From assembly GCF_006345805.1 (NCBI RefSeq), contig NC_043001.1, positions 27,652,001-27,716,000 on the forward strand: 64,000 nucleotides of DNA, written 5' to 3'. The stretch comes from Octopus sinensis. Lineage: Eukaryota. A program made the translations under genes and the position numbers. Below, one piece after another: positions 49,671 to 62,452 of this stretch (positions are counted from its first letter, which is position 1; the number at the start of each line of letters is the position of its first letter). Under the pieces are notes generated by a model. It was not told where the DNA came from and searched no databases. It saw nothing but the letters and a program-made list of their open reading frames with translations.

Positions 49671-50806
49671 TGCATAGTATTCATTCTCAGTTTAAATCAT
49701 GTTGTGGTCTCTTTTCCATTCACCTTTCAGGGTTAATAAGAAGTACCAATCCAGGGCAGTGGATTAGGAGAACTGTTGAAATGTCAGACAGGATGGTTTG
49801 TTGTATTTGTTCTGGTTCTCTGTATTCCGAGTTCAATTCCTACTATGGCCTACTTGGCTGGTAGTCTTAATCCATTGGCCATCACTTGAGTTCGTGGGTG
49901 TGTTTAGCAAACTCCTATCTGTTGTACTCAATAATGAGCTAAGGAGCTCTGTGTGCAAACGAGGAACTGTAGTCACAAAGCATTCCTATACATCACATTT
50001 AGCTAATAATGCATTAAATCTTTTATGCTTTTATAGTTCTCTCATATTTTCTCAGGGCTCTTAGTTGTGTCACCATCAACATTGTTGAAATGGATTTTCT
50101 ATGGCCAGATGCCATTTCTGATACCAACATCTGTTTCCAAGCAAAGTAATATTCTCTCTCCCATCCAACAGTCAGACTTGTTTTTATCAAAGATTGGAAA
50201 CTCGCTATCTTACTTGTATGACAGTAATGTTTATTTACAATCATTATATGTCGAGACAAGGGTACACACACATATATGATGGGCTTTTGGGGGTTTCCAT
50301 ACACTAAATTCACTCTGAAAGCTTTGGTTAGTTTAGAACTACAGTAGAAGACACTTTCCCAAGGTGCCTAATCTAGGTCCATATAGCTGGAAGCAAGCTT
50401 CTTAACCACACAGCCACGCCTGTTCTTTTACAGGAAATTTATAAAGAACATGGCTTGTTTCACACCACTGCACAATGAAAGAAAAATATTCAAAATAAAA
50501 GGCTGCAAGCATGTGAAGAGCCCAACATGTTGCTATATCCATTGACATCCCACATTATTTATGCCACTACATGTTCAATCACCTTGAAATATCCCAGAGC
50601 ATTACAACTCTGTACCTTACATTCAGTCCATATTAATGTAAAACAGATACACACAAAAATAGCTTAGGTGCAGGCATGGATGTGTGGTAAGAAGTTTGCT
50701 TGCTAGCCACATGGTTTTGGGTTCAGCTCCACTGCATGGCACCTTAGGCAAGAGTCTTCTACTATAGCCTTGGGCCAACCAAAGCCTTGAGTGGATTTGG
50801 TAGACC

Positions 50807-50973
50807 ATCATCATCATCGTTTAATGTCCGTTTTCCATGCTAGCATGGGTTGGATGGTTGGACCGGGGCCTGGGAAGCCAGGAGGCTGCATCAGGCTCCT
50901 GGCTTCCCAGACCCCGGTCGAACCGTCCAACCCATGCTAGCATGAAAAACAGACGTTAAACGATGATGATGAT
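50807..50973. repeat. 167-bp fold-back palindrome made of two inverted RTE termini
   Basis: (CAT)n-CGTTTAATGTCC...GGGAAGCCAGGAG / CTCCTGGCTTCCC...GACGTTAAACG-(ATG)n with an 11-nt centre. Confidence 0.92.
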
Positions 50974-52350
50974 ATATATATATATGCATATAAATTTGAC
51001 ATGGGCGATTCTTTCTTGTCTTGGGATTCAATGTCAAACAGCTGGGTGGAATTGCGCAAAATTTACACAGATGTATAGAATGATCTGGTGGTGATCCTGG
51101 GCTTTGTATTTCTTTCATAGCTCCCATGGTTACTGAGATAATCTACTATAATAATACTCTTGTGTTTATGAATGAGAATGGAAGGGGTGATGTCATACTT
51201 GGTCGTGGGATGATGAAATTGTATGCTGAAAAAAAATAAATCAAACAACATTTCAACTCTGTGAATATATGTGTGTGTATGTAAAAGGGTGGGTATGTGA
51301 ATGTGTGCATGTGCAATGGAAGTGGGATGGTTCATCTTTGCTTAGTATTTGAGTTTATTTTTTAATTTGGTTGAATCTTGGTTGTTTTTTTTTGTTGGTC
51401 AGTTATTTTTAGTGTTTTGACAGAAAAAGTCATTCTAAAATTGTTTAACGTAAGCGTGCCCAAACAAGTTGAATGCTTACACACAGCAGGTTTTACAGCC
51501 ACATCATCCAGATGGACCAGGTGAACCTGGGCTTAGCTGCTAATATATATACATATATATGTGTGTGTGCGTTTGTATCTGTGTTTGTCTCTTATCACTG
51601 ATTGACAACCGGTGTTCATATGTTTACATCCCTGTAAGTAGTTTGGCAAAAAAAAAAGAAAATACAATAGAATAAGTATTAGATTTAAAAAAGTTCTGAG
51701 GTTAATCCATTCGAATAAAAACTCTTCAAGGCTCTGCCCCAGTATGGCCACAGTCTAACTGAAACAAGTAAAAGATAAAAATATAAGTCCTCCAGACTGC
51801 TAGACTGCATACCATTGGAAGTAAGCACAGAGAACATTGACTCTTGTGCTCTATCTGAAGCAACCTTGTTCACACCCACTGTGGTGACTACTAGAACTGA
51901 CAAACATATAGAATGGACCATGGAGAAATTCCAACATACACAAATGTGATACTGTGCTCAGAACTGAAACTCTGCAGCTCAGAGAGCAAATTTGGTTCTT
52001 AGCTGAGTGAAGGCATGTTATATCTGAAGTACTGGATCTGTAGGCTACATTAGCTGCTCAGTCAGGGCTGACTATAACTACAGCTATGACAACACTCGCT
52101 ATAGTAATGAATTTATTTCATTTTTCCCTTATAAAAAACAATTTCTATTGCATAGGTTTCAGAGTATAATATCATCAAAAGCAGGTGTGAATTTCTATCT
52201 TAATATGTATTTTATCTAGATTTTATGTAAACAATTAATATTCAAACCAAAATTGTGTTATTCACTTAGCTTAATTCATTTTTCCCTCAATAAATATTAG
52301 TAATCTGTTTAGTTATGTATATTGCTCTACTGAATTTTTAAAATTTCATT

Positions 52351-52630
52351 CATCATCATCATCGTTTAACGTCCGCTTTCCATGCTAGCATGGGTTGGAC
52401 GATTTGACTGAGGACTGGCGAACCAGATGGCTGCATCAGGCTCCAATCTTGATCTGGTAGAGTTTCTACAACTGGATGCCCTTCCTAACGCCAACCACTC
52501 CGAGAGTGTAGTGGGTGCTTTTACGTGCCACTCAGGCGGTACTGGCAACGGCCATGCTCAAATGGTGTTTTTTACGTGCCACCTGCACAGAAGCCAGTCC
52601 AACGGCACTGGAAACGACCTTGCTCAAATG
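52351..52630 (-). mobile_element. RTE tail
   Basis: (CAT)n-CGTTTAACGTCC...GGATGCCCTTCCTAACGCCAACC. Confidence 0.9.
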
Positions 52631-55600
52631 TTTTTTTATTCATTATTAGTAATATTTCCAGAGCAGGCATTTAATACTTACTCAGCCTACACAAACTCAT
52701 AATTAGTTCTAGGTGATGTCAGGGACTGAGTGGTTGAGCCTTTTATTCCCCCCTCTACTACTTGTCATCCAACTCCAACTGGTACACTATGAGGTTTCAG
52801 AACTCCATAGTATTTTCATATAGCTAAAGTGAGTCGATAAATTGCAAGTTCTGTCAACTGGCAGTAATCTGCTAACTGGATAGGTTGATCCTAGACCGAC
52901 TGTTGGCTGAAGAAACTTTTCCGCCCAGACTGTCATGTAGTTTTGTTGAATGAAGATTAATATGCCAAACTTTACATCCACCATGCTGTTCCCTGGTTTA
53001 GGGATTATTCATCAAGGAGGTTAACTATATATACTCAGTTGGATGGCTGTTGACTCATATGAGTTCATCTGTCCTTTGATGGCTTTTGTTTTTCATCCTA
53101 CCTGGTGTCCAAATCACCCTCCTCACCAAACAAGCTTGGTGGGGTTGCTAGTTTAGTTGCTGGCAACCCAATCATGCAACAGGTGGTATTGGGTTTATAC
53201 ATTACCAGTAGCTTTACAAAGATTCATTTCTGTCATCAGCTGACACCTTACATCACTGGCTATTTCTCTTTTGCTAGATGGAAGTGAGCTGAGCTGTTGC
53301 ACTATGAAGCTTTGACTTTCATCCATCTTATAATAATTCTGCTTGTCACTCTGTTACTTAGCTTGTCCATAATGCTTCTGTGTGATTAGCTGAAGGAAGA
53401 GGAAGGGGTGGGGGCAGAGAGAGGTGGAGGTGGTGGTAAGTGTAATATATAATTTTTTTTTTGTTTTTGAATTAATTTTTTTTCCTCTGTTACTTAGCCC
53501 ATCTATAATGCTTTCCAGGTGATTAGTTGAAGGGAAGGTGAAGAGCGAAAGAAAAAGGGTAAGGCAAAGTGGGAGAGTGTGGTGTATTAAGTCTATAAAA
53601 TTGTGCATATATAAAGTGTATATATAAAGTGCATTAAGTAATCATAGTGTTCCAATTTCCTTCACTTTCCAATGATAAGCAGATGAGCGACTATCTTTTG
53701 AGACTTACACAATACAGGCTATTCTTTCAGGTCTTTTGGATAAAGTTTTCAGAAATAACTCAATAAATTTACCATTAATTTCGTGAAATATTCACAGGTC
53801 CTGCTAGTTCTTAATTATGCTGTTAACTTTCTTTCTACTGTATAATCTAGTTCACATTGTATTTCCAGTTCACTGATTGTCTGACTTCTACAGAGATTAC
53901 AGATTGTCTATTTATGCTTCATTTGCTCCTACTCTTATATATCAATTAAATTCTATTTCTTAATTGTTCTTCATATTTCAAGTGCTGCAAATTTGTTCAA
54001 AGTATTTTTTGTAATTTTTTTGTTTCTAAAATATTAGTCATCGTAACAGGTCCACATTAGGAAATAATGGTTTTAAATTTTGGTACAAGGCTAGAAATGT
54101 TAGTGGCAGGCAGGTGGTCAATTACATCGATTCCAGTACTTGACTGATACTTTATCAACTCTACTAGAATGAAAGACAAACTAGATTCTGGAGGGATTTG
54201 AGCTCAGAATGTAGAGAGGTGTTAAGCATTTTGTCTGCTGTTCTAACAATTCTGCCAGTTTGTCTCCTTAGATTAGGAAATAATGAGTTCTGTTTTCCCA
54301 GCTATATGGTTTAGGATTTTTGTCCCACTGCATGGCACCCTGGACAAGTGTCCACTACTGTATTCCTAGGTGACCAGAGCCTTGTGAGTGCATTTGGTAG
54401 ATGGAAACTAAAACTAGTCTTGTGTATGTATGTGTATAATGTGTGTGTGTCCCCTTGTCTTGTCATCGTATGATTGTTGTAAATGTATGTTGTTCATTTC
54501 CAATATTCTACAAAGACGTCTAACCATGGGGAAATATTGCCTTGCTTAGAAACTGATATGGGTTGACAACAGGAAGGGTGTCTGTCTGTAAAAAGTCTGC
54601 CTCAGTAAACTCCAAGCATGGAAAAGTAAACATTAAAATGATAACAATATTAGAATAGAGTTTAGTTTCATTGTCCCTAGTATACTGAACAACTAGCCAA
54701 ATGGGTTTGTAGTTCAGATTCTGTCACCAGTATTGTCTTTGTGGCTGAGACAATTCTCCAAAGGCCCAGTTCACCTAAACAGTAAATATGTATTATGGGA
54801 TAGGAACAATTTGTTTCAAGTAATGATTGCACTGTACTCTTATCATGCTGATTGGGTATAGGTCTTAGCATTAATGGTTAAATGCTATGATTACAATAAC
54901 TCCTGAAGTAATTATAACTTATGTTTCAGTTAAATTAACTGAAGTAATGTTCTTTGTTGAATTACCTCACAAAATATTAGTCCCAGAATTTGAACCAGTA
55001 ACTTAGAAAGAAACCTATTTTTATCTGATATATTTTTAGAGTTTAAAGTAATGGTATTTAAACTGGATGGTATGCCACCATGGAGTTGTATTAAGGCTTC
55101 TGAGGTGTGAAATGAGAACACATGAATGATTGTTGTCTTGGGAAAATTTAATCTCAGTAAAGTTGGTGTAGGTGTAAACATAAATTGAAAACTAATGTAG
55201 CAGGTGTCCGTATAGCAGGCTATATTATATAAATATGTACACATGTGATTTCAGCAAAAACAAAATGGAAAATATTTCCAAAGTTAAGATATATTTATAA
55301 AGAAAATTAATATGAAAAATGTATTTCTTGAAATAATATGTAAAATTGAAGGCATATTCATTTGTTGGTACTAAAAAAAATATAAGACTTTCAAACAAGC
55401 ATAAATTGTTTTTCAGATAAATTTCTGTGACTGATTTTTCTCCAGACATTAAAATATGAATCTTATGAGAAAGGGTGCACTGATTTCAGGTTCAGTCTCA
55501 CTGTGTTGAATCTTGGCAATGTCTTTGGCTGTTACTCCAAGCCAACCAGTTCCTTGTGAAAGTAGGCTATAACTCCAAGTCAACCAATTCTCTGTGAATG

Positions 55601-56049
55601 GAAACTGTGAGGAAGCCCATCATGTGTGTGTCTTTGTATTTCTCTGCCACCTCCACTTGACAGCTGGTTTGTTGACAGGTGTTGATTTGTTTATGTCCCT
55701 ATAATGGTTAAGCAAAAGAGACTAATAGAATAAGTACCAAACTTAAAAACATAAGTACTGAGGCCAATTTACTAAACTCTTGAAGGCGATGCCTAGTATG
55801 GCTGCAGTCCAACGACTGAAACAAAGTTAACAATAAAAGATAAAGAGGTTTAGAAGTATGCAATTATGAAAAGATATTTATATTTTTTAAACCATTTAAT
55901 TTCAATTTTTTTTTAAAAAAAGGATTTTTTTCCTAGGGAAATAATTCATTAATGTTTTTAAGTATGATGTTTAAAACGATGAATTTTGAAAGAGGTTTGG
56001 GTTTAATCAGTTTTGTGTGTGTGTGTGTTGTGAGCAACATGGTTGGTAG

Positions 56050-56800
56050 TGTGTACCGTCATAGCTACCATATTATATCCACTCTGGACAAATGAGTCCA
56101 CCTAGCTTTAAGTAGGCACTGTATAATGGGTTTAGATTTATTTCCTGCTTTCTTGGACTTGGGCAATAGGAAATCACTTTAATCATTAACAGAACATCAT
56201 TGATGCTCAAGTGATCTATTGAGTTTCAGGAATAGTGACTGTCACCACCACATAATAAATTATTATATTATTTAGGGTCTCAGGTAATTTTTCAAACCCC
56301 TGCAGAAGCTAGTTGATCATTAAAAGATAACCACTGATTTATGGAATGAGTAAAGCAGAGTATTACTAATTTGTTTATTTATGAGTAAATGGGCAGTTTA
56401 CAGTTCTTGCAAACCACCCAGTCTGGTGAGGTTTATGCTGTTGGTGTTCAGTTTGAACTTAAGTAAAGTAATGCTTGTTGGCTGAAAAATGTAGGCGAGG
56501 AAGTTATTTTAGACAGTTGCTGTTCTAGGGTAGAAAGATCAAAGTGTGTAGTCTGTGATCTGCTGAATGAAATTACTATCCTTTTTAAATATAGCACATT
56601 GATTGTGCCCTGCCTTGTAGTTTGACTTGAGATGGGATACAGGGTAACAGTTAAAGTATGGAGGAATCATGTTTGTTGCTGAATTAGATTCGTATGATTG
56701 GAGATTTTGATTGAAGTTAGTGCAAAATAATGTCTTAATTTCATAGAGATGATATGATTAAAATTAGTTGCCTTCAGCTATTTTGGCAGATATACACTGG
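56050..56800 (-). mobile_element. Decayed LINE apurinic-endonuclease region
   Basis: Minus-strand NNLLCGGDSHY resembles the II.GDFNAH motif, with an upstream segment resembling IQET; heavily degenerate. Confidence 0.35.
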
Positions 56801-57927
56801 ATCTGTTAGTGAATATATGATGTGTTGTGTTTTAGAGTGATTCTAATGTGCTTAAGTAGTTGATTGAGTTGTTTACTGTATTTGTGTTGGTTTAGATATT
56901 ACAGTCTAGTCTTTGATTTTTAAAGTACTTTGTTTTATCATTGTTGATAATCAATGGGTATGTTTACTTAGATAGCCTGTTATTGTAAGTGTTGATTTCA
57001 CATTTTGTAAGTTATTTCTTTTTTTTATCCTATTTTGATTTGGTGAAAGACCCCCAGGTTGTATTAGGCTTAGCTCATGTTAGACATGCCATATCACTTG
57101 TAAATTAAGCTCTATTGGCAGTCAATGTCAAGAAAAGATCAAATGGTTCTTTCTTTATATGCATCTAATAGAAACATGGATTGAAGCAAGTGTTTGACAA
57201 TGGATGTTGTTTCTGTCACAAATCATTATGATAGTCATACTGATATAGATTTTTCACTTGACAAAATGTGTTCTCTTGGAACATTAGACAACACAAAACA
57301 ATGGTTGTTGTAGGTATTGAACTTGTGATATTAAAAAAAAAAAAATGAGCATTCAAGAATTAAAAGGAATATGCTTAACACTTTATGCTCTGTGCCTTAC
57401 AGCTCCTGTCATCATGATAAAAGAAATTATATTTGTAGTAGCATTATAAGTTTGTAGTAATGATCTATAATGGATGTAAGTATGGGCGAATGGTTTAGGA
57501 GTATACTTTTACAATCATGTGGTCCTGGTTTCAATTCCACTGCATGGTATCTTGGGCAATATCTAATCTTATATTATTTTGAGAAAAATTGGGCAATGAA
57601 AACTGTTTGGCAACTTCCTGGGTGGATCGTACCTGTAATTTACATGCTGTCATGCTGATTCTGCTCAAGAATTATGTTATGAATGCATGCGGGATAATAC
57701 TATGCTATAGATACATTAATTCAATGAATAGTCTGTTCTGTTAATCAAACAGTTGTGATATTCATTTTTGAAGCCAACAGAAATCCATGCATAATAATCA
57801 TCATCATCATCATGTAACACGTTTTCCATGCTGGCATGGATTGGACGGTTTGACCTGAGCTGGCAAGCAGGAGAGCTGCACCACACTTCAGTCTGATTTG
57901 GTTTGCGTTTCTATGGCTGGATGCCCT

Positions 57928-58607
57928 GGATCTTTTCAGTTTGAACGGCAGTTTTTTAAATTAATTTCTATGTGACTAAAAAATTTTAAACTTCGTATAC
58001 TGGTAGAATGTGTTTATAAAACATCTTTTTCTCTTCGCTTTCTTGAGAAAATTCTATAGTTTGCAAGATATTTGTTGTTTAATTTCTTGCATTTCGGCAA
58101 TTTCAACCAATCAGTGACGTCTTTTGAGGTGAAAATGATTTCTGCCGTAACATTTTATGGTGGCGTCATATGAAAATGTCACTCGTAAACAGAGCTGGAT
58201 AACAAAACCGTTCCCTCTTTAGTGTCCACCCATAATTTTGACCCTAGTTTCGATCTGTTGCATTTCTGTCTGTTTTAAGGTTAGGGTTAGGGGTGGGTGG
58301 AAGGGTATCTTTTTTTCTTCAGAAATGTAAATAAACTCACTCTGTTTCTTAAACGAGGGACATTTTCATATTTCACCGCCAGAAAATTTTACGACAGATG
58401 TTTTCACCTCAATAGACGTCATTGATTGGTTGAAATTACCAAAACTGAAGAAACTGAAGAAAATATCTTACAAACTACAGAATTTTCCCAAGAAAGCCAA
58501 GAGAAAAAGATGTTTTATTAACACATTCTACCAGTATACAAAGTTTAAAAGTGTTTAGTTACATAGAAATTATTTTTAAAAAACTGCCGTTCAAAGCGAA
58601 AAGATCC
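57928..58607. mobile_element. 680-bp MITE with ~255-bp TIRs and an 8-bp TSD (Merlin-like)
   Basis: Termini GGATCTTTTC...GAAAAGATCC and TSD GATGCCCT (57920-27 and 58608-15). It splits an RTE tail (57800-58810, -). Confidence 0.88.
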
Positions 58608-58982
58608 GATGCCCTTCCTAATGCCAACCATTTTACAATGTGCTGGGTGCTGTTATGTGGCGCCTGCATGGTTGCTATTGTGGCACCAACACAGGAGCTT
58701 TTTACCTGGCACCAGCATAAGGCTCTTGCAGGCCAATCCTCTTTGGCAGGGGGAGCAGTATTAGCAATTATGCTGTGGAGGATGGGTCTTCTTGAGTACA
58801 GCAAGGTGTCAGATATCTCAGTTCTTTGTTAATTTATTCGTTTTGTGCATATTAGTTCAGCATCATGTGGTTTTGGGTTCAATCCCCCCGTGTAGCACCT
58901 TGGGTAATGCCTTCTACTATAGCCCCAGGCTGATCAATGCCATTAGCAGATTTGATAAAAGAAAACTATGTTGAAGCCTGTT

Positions 58983-59017
<35 letters not shown>

Positions 59018-59019
59018 GT

Positions 59020-59365
59020 AGAGGTGCAATGGCCCAGTGGTTACGGTAGTGGACTCAAGGTTGTAGGATCATGGTTTCGATTCCCAGACCGAGCGTTGTG
59101 AGTGTTTATTGAACGTAAACACCTGAAGCTCCACATGGCTCCGGCAAGGGGTGGTGGAAAACCCTGCTGTACTCTTTCATCACAACTTTCTCTCGCTCTT
59201 TCTCGCTGTTTCTGTTGCACCTGTGTCATGCTGAATCTCCCTGAGAACCACGTTAAGGGTACATGTGTCTGTGAAGTGCTGAGCCACTTGCACATTAATT
59301 TCACAAGCAGGCTGTTCCGTTGATTGGATCAACTGGAACCCTTATCCTAACTGACGGAGTGCCAT
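59020..59365 (+). mobile_element. tRNA-derived SINE family D
   Basis: TGGCCCAGTGGTTA A-box and GGTTTCGATTCCC B-box. The body matches 6967-7272 and the tail matches 12405-12725. Confidence 0.8.
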
Positions 59366-61053
59366 GACATAAATAAATATGTATGTTTGTGTGTCTGTGT
59401 GCCCCCCTGCACATAACAACTACTGTTGGTTTCTTTGTGTCCCCATAACTAAGCGGTTTGGCAAAGGAAACTGAAAACTGATAGAATAAGTACCAGACTT
59501 TAAAAAAAGAAAAAAAGTACTGGGATCAATTCATTTGACTAAAAAACAACCCCTTGAAGGTGGTCCTCTAGCATGTTCACAGTCCAATGATGGCTGAAAC
59601 AAGTAAAAGAAATGGAAAATATGCATATTAACTTTCCATTTTTGTGCTTATTGACGAAAGAATATTTCTGAATACCTTAAAAATTGTGGGAAAGAAAATG
59701 TTCCCTTAGTTATGTGAATATCACTATTTCCAACTGGTTCCTATACTGCAGGCGACTGTTTGACCAGGTAACTAATAAATATTCTATTACACTGCAGTCG
59801 GCTGTGTTTAGTAGAGCCCCTGAGATTTTTTAACAGAAGCTCCTCATTTGACGAACACTTTTTTAGTGTGCCAGTTGACATATCTTCCGGTTTTATATTT
59901 TGTTTTACTAGTGACATACTTTTTTTTTTTATTATTCCTGGCTGTTTTCATTATCATCATCATTATGTCCACTTTTCTATGCTCACATGGGATGAATGAA
60001 ATTTGTTGAGGTGGATTTTCTATGGCCTGGTGCTCTTGTCACATGTTTCTAAGTAAGGTAATATTTCCCCATGACTAGAAGATTAGGGATAAATCTTAGG
60101 GATATGACAGTAACATTCACTGCTATTAAGGAGACAAACACCACACACACACTTCTTTCAGTTTTTGTATACTAAATCCACTCAAGGCTTTGGTTGGCTT
60201 GAGGCTATAGTAAAAGACACTTGCCCAAGGTGCCATGCAGTGGGACTGAACCCAAAATCATATGATTGACAAGTAGACTTCCTACCACACAGTCATGTCT
60301 GCACCTATGCAAATATTCTTAGAACTAAGTATCTTTTCTGGAACTGAGTCAATATCGGACCTGATGTTTCCAAAGACGCAGAATCCATTACACAATATTT
60401 AAAGTTTCGAAACACTGCAACCAAGAAACCCATTTGTATTGAATAAAAGTTGTAGAGGGCCTACAGTAATATTTTGTGGGTACTGCTAACATTATGTTGT
60501 TTACCTACTTAATAAAATGTCTTACATCATTGAAAAATTTTGAATTGTGATTTAGAACTCTTTTTTGAGAAACAGTGTTGGTGACTTCAGATTATGTGAC
60601 TTGTTACAATCACTTTGTTACTGTGGACTATGTTTCAACATGCCAGACCATTTCTTTTAAAATTTTACCAATTCCATGGATTTTTCAACCATAAGTTTGT
60701 TTCTATTGTTTCAATTTTGCCATTTGAGATATTGACTTCAACTGAGTTTGGATTTTGCCTATTGCTCCAGAATGGTTGTGATTTCTTTTGTTTTTAATGT
60801 CAGAGAAGAATTGCTTTTTATTTTTTGTTTGTTTTGATAAAATGCTCATAAATCCACCAACAATTACACCTTCAGTATATAGAAGCAAGTTTGTGTCTAC
60901 TCAGTTCTCTACTAATCCATATTTGAATTCTCTCGTTTAAAACATTAAGTGATTGAGGGGTACATTGTCAGATTTGGAATCATCTCCTAATATAATAATG
61001 AGAGTAGTGTTTTTATATATTTGTGTGTGTATATATATATATATATATATACA

Positions 61054-61084
<31 letters not shown>

Positions 61085-62230
61085 TTGTTCAAAATCACGG
61101 AGTAGGAGAAAGAGTAGTATAAGTGAAGGGAGAGGAGAGAAAATAGCAATTCAGTGAAGGAAAAGTTGTGAGAGTAATAGTCCTGGCTGAGAGAGAGTGA
61201 GAGAAAGGAAGTGGCAAAGAACCCGTCAAGTATCTACTATTTTTTACTGTCATAACATATGAATGAGAAAAAAAGGGGTAAAAAAAAAAATCAGTGTTTC
61301 ACTTCTGTGTGAGTATGTGTGCATGTATGTAAAAGGGAGGTTTGTGTGTGTGTGGGTGTGTGTTCAATGGAAATGGGATGGTGAACATTTAACGCTGAAA
61401 AGAAAAATCAAACAGCATTTCAACTCTGAGTATATGTGTGTATGTTTGTGCATGTACAAGGGAAGTATGTGAATGTTTGTATCTGTGATTATTATGCCCC
61501 TTATTTTATACCTTATACCTTATTCATATATAAAATACTTCAACTAGTTGTCATTTTTGGTGGCACAGGGTCAGCTAGTTAAAATATGACAAGAGGATAT
61601 TGTTTGAAATGGAACTGAATTAGTATCTATATCAGGGGCCTGTAGCCTTCTGTTCATGGTAATGAATAATAATAGAGAGAACTATGGATTAAATATATTT
61701 TATTTAAGTTGATATTCATGTTATAATGAACACAAATTAGTATGCTACTTGAAGTTGTTCAGAAGGCAAAAGTTTTTGAACCAGCACCAGATGACATGTT
61801 GCGTGAAGCTAGGAGTATGTTTTCTAAATGGTCTTCAGTCATTTAAGTTGCTTTTTGAAAACTGTTGCTCATTCCTATGTGGGCTGTTGAACATCAGTGT
61901 CAGTTTTCTGCATGCTGTCTGCTTGGAATGAAGCTCAGATTCAAGCAGGTAGTTATTGAAATTTGGATTTTAATACTTCCTTGCATTGTATCTTAAGTTC
62001 TATATGAAAATTTTATAGCCCAGTGTTCTCTTTCACATCGAAGTACTAAATAACCTGATATTGTCTGAATGTGAATGAATGTCAATGAAGCAGGAGGGGA
62101 AAAATCCAATCTTCAATCAAGTATTACATTGAAGTATGTTACTGTCTGTTGTATGAGCTCTCTGAGAGTAAGGAAATGAAAATTGTTTGATTTCTCCTGC
62201 TGGCATTCCTGCATCATAGCTATGTTTTAA

Positions 62231-62452
62231 CCCTTTTGTTACCAATCCGCCTGAAACCGCCTCTGGTTTTGTAGTAGAAATGTCTTGTTTTCAAAAGTTC
62301 TGATTTAAAATTTTCCAGCAAACCTTAGTCACAATTTATGTCCTTAACATTAGCTTAATGATAACTATGTTATTTTACTAAATTCATTGTTATATTTAAA
62401 ATTAATTGAAAGAAACTGAGAGCATCTCCACAGAAATATGGTAACAAAAGGG
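62231..62452. mobile_element. piggyBac-type MITE (family 2)
   Basis: Perfect 14-bp TIRs CCCTTTTGTTACCA / TGGTAACAAAAGGG with TTAA on both sides. Confidence 0.9.

Noticed and set aside
52700-53340. Possible host exon or HDV-like ribozyme in a GC-elevated block
   Set aside because: I found no sustained ORF with splice sites and could not build the nested pseudoknot. It is probably an unclassified TE 5' region and remains unresolved.
54681-54781. Phase-0 candidate exon YTEQLAKWVCSSDSVTSIVFVAETILQRPSSPK
   Set aside because: The acceptor is acceptable, but the donor (ACA|GTAAAT) is weak and I see no homology, so it is indistinguishable from chance.
58281-58292. Interstitial telomeric (TTAGGG)2
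   Set aside because: Only two units, inside the MITE spacer.
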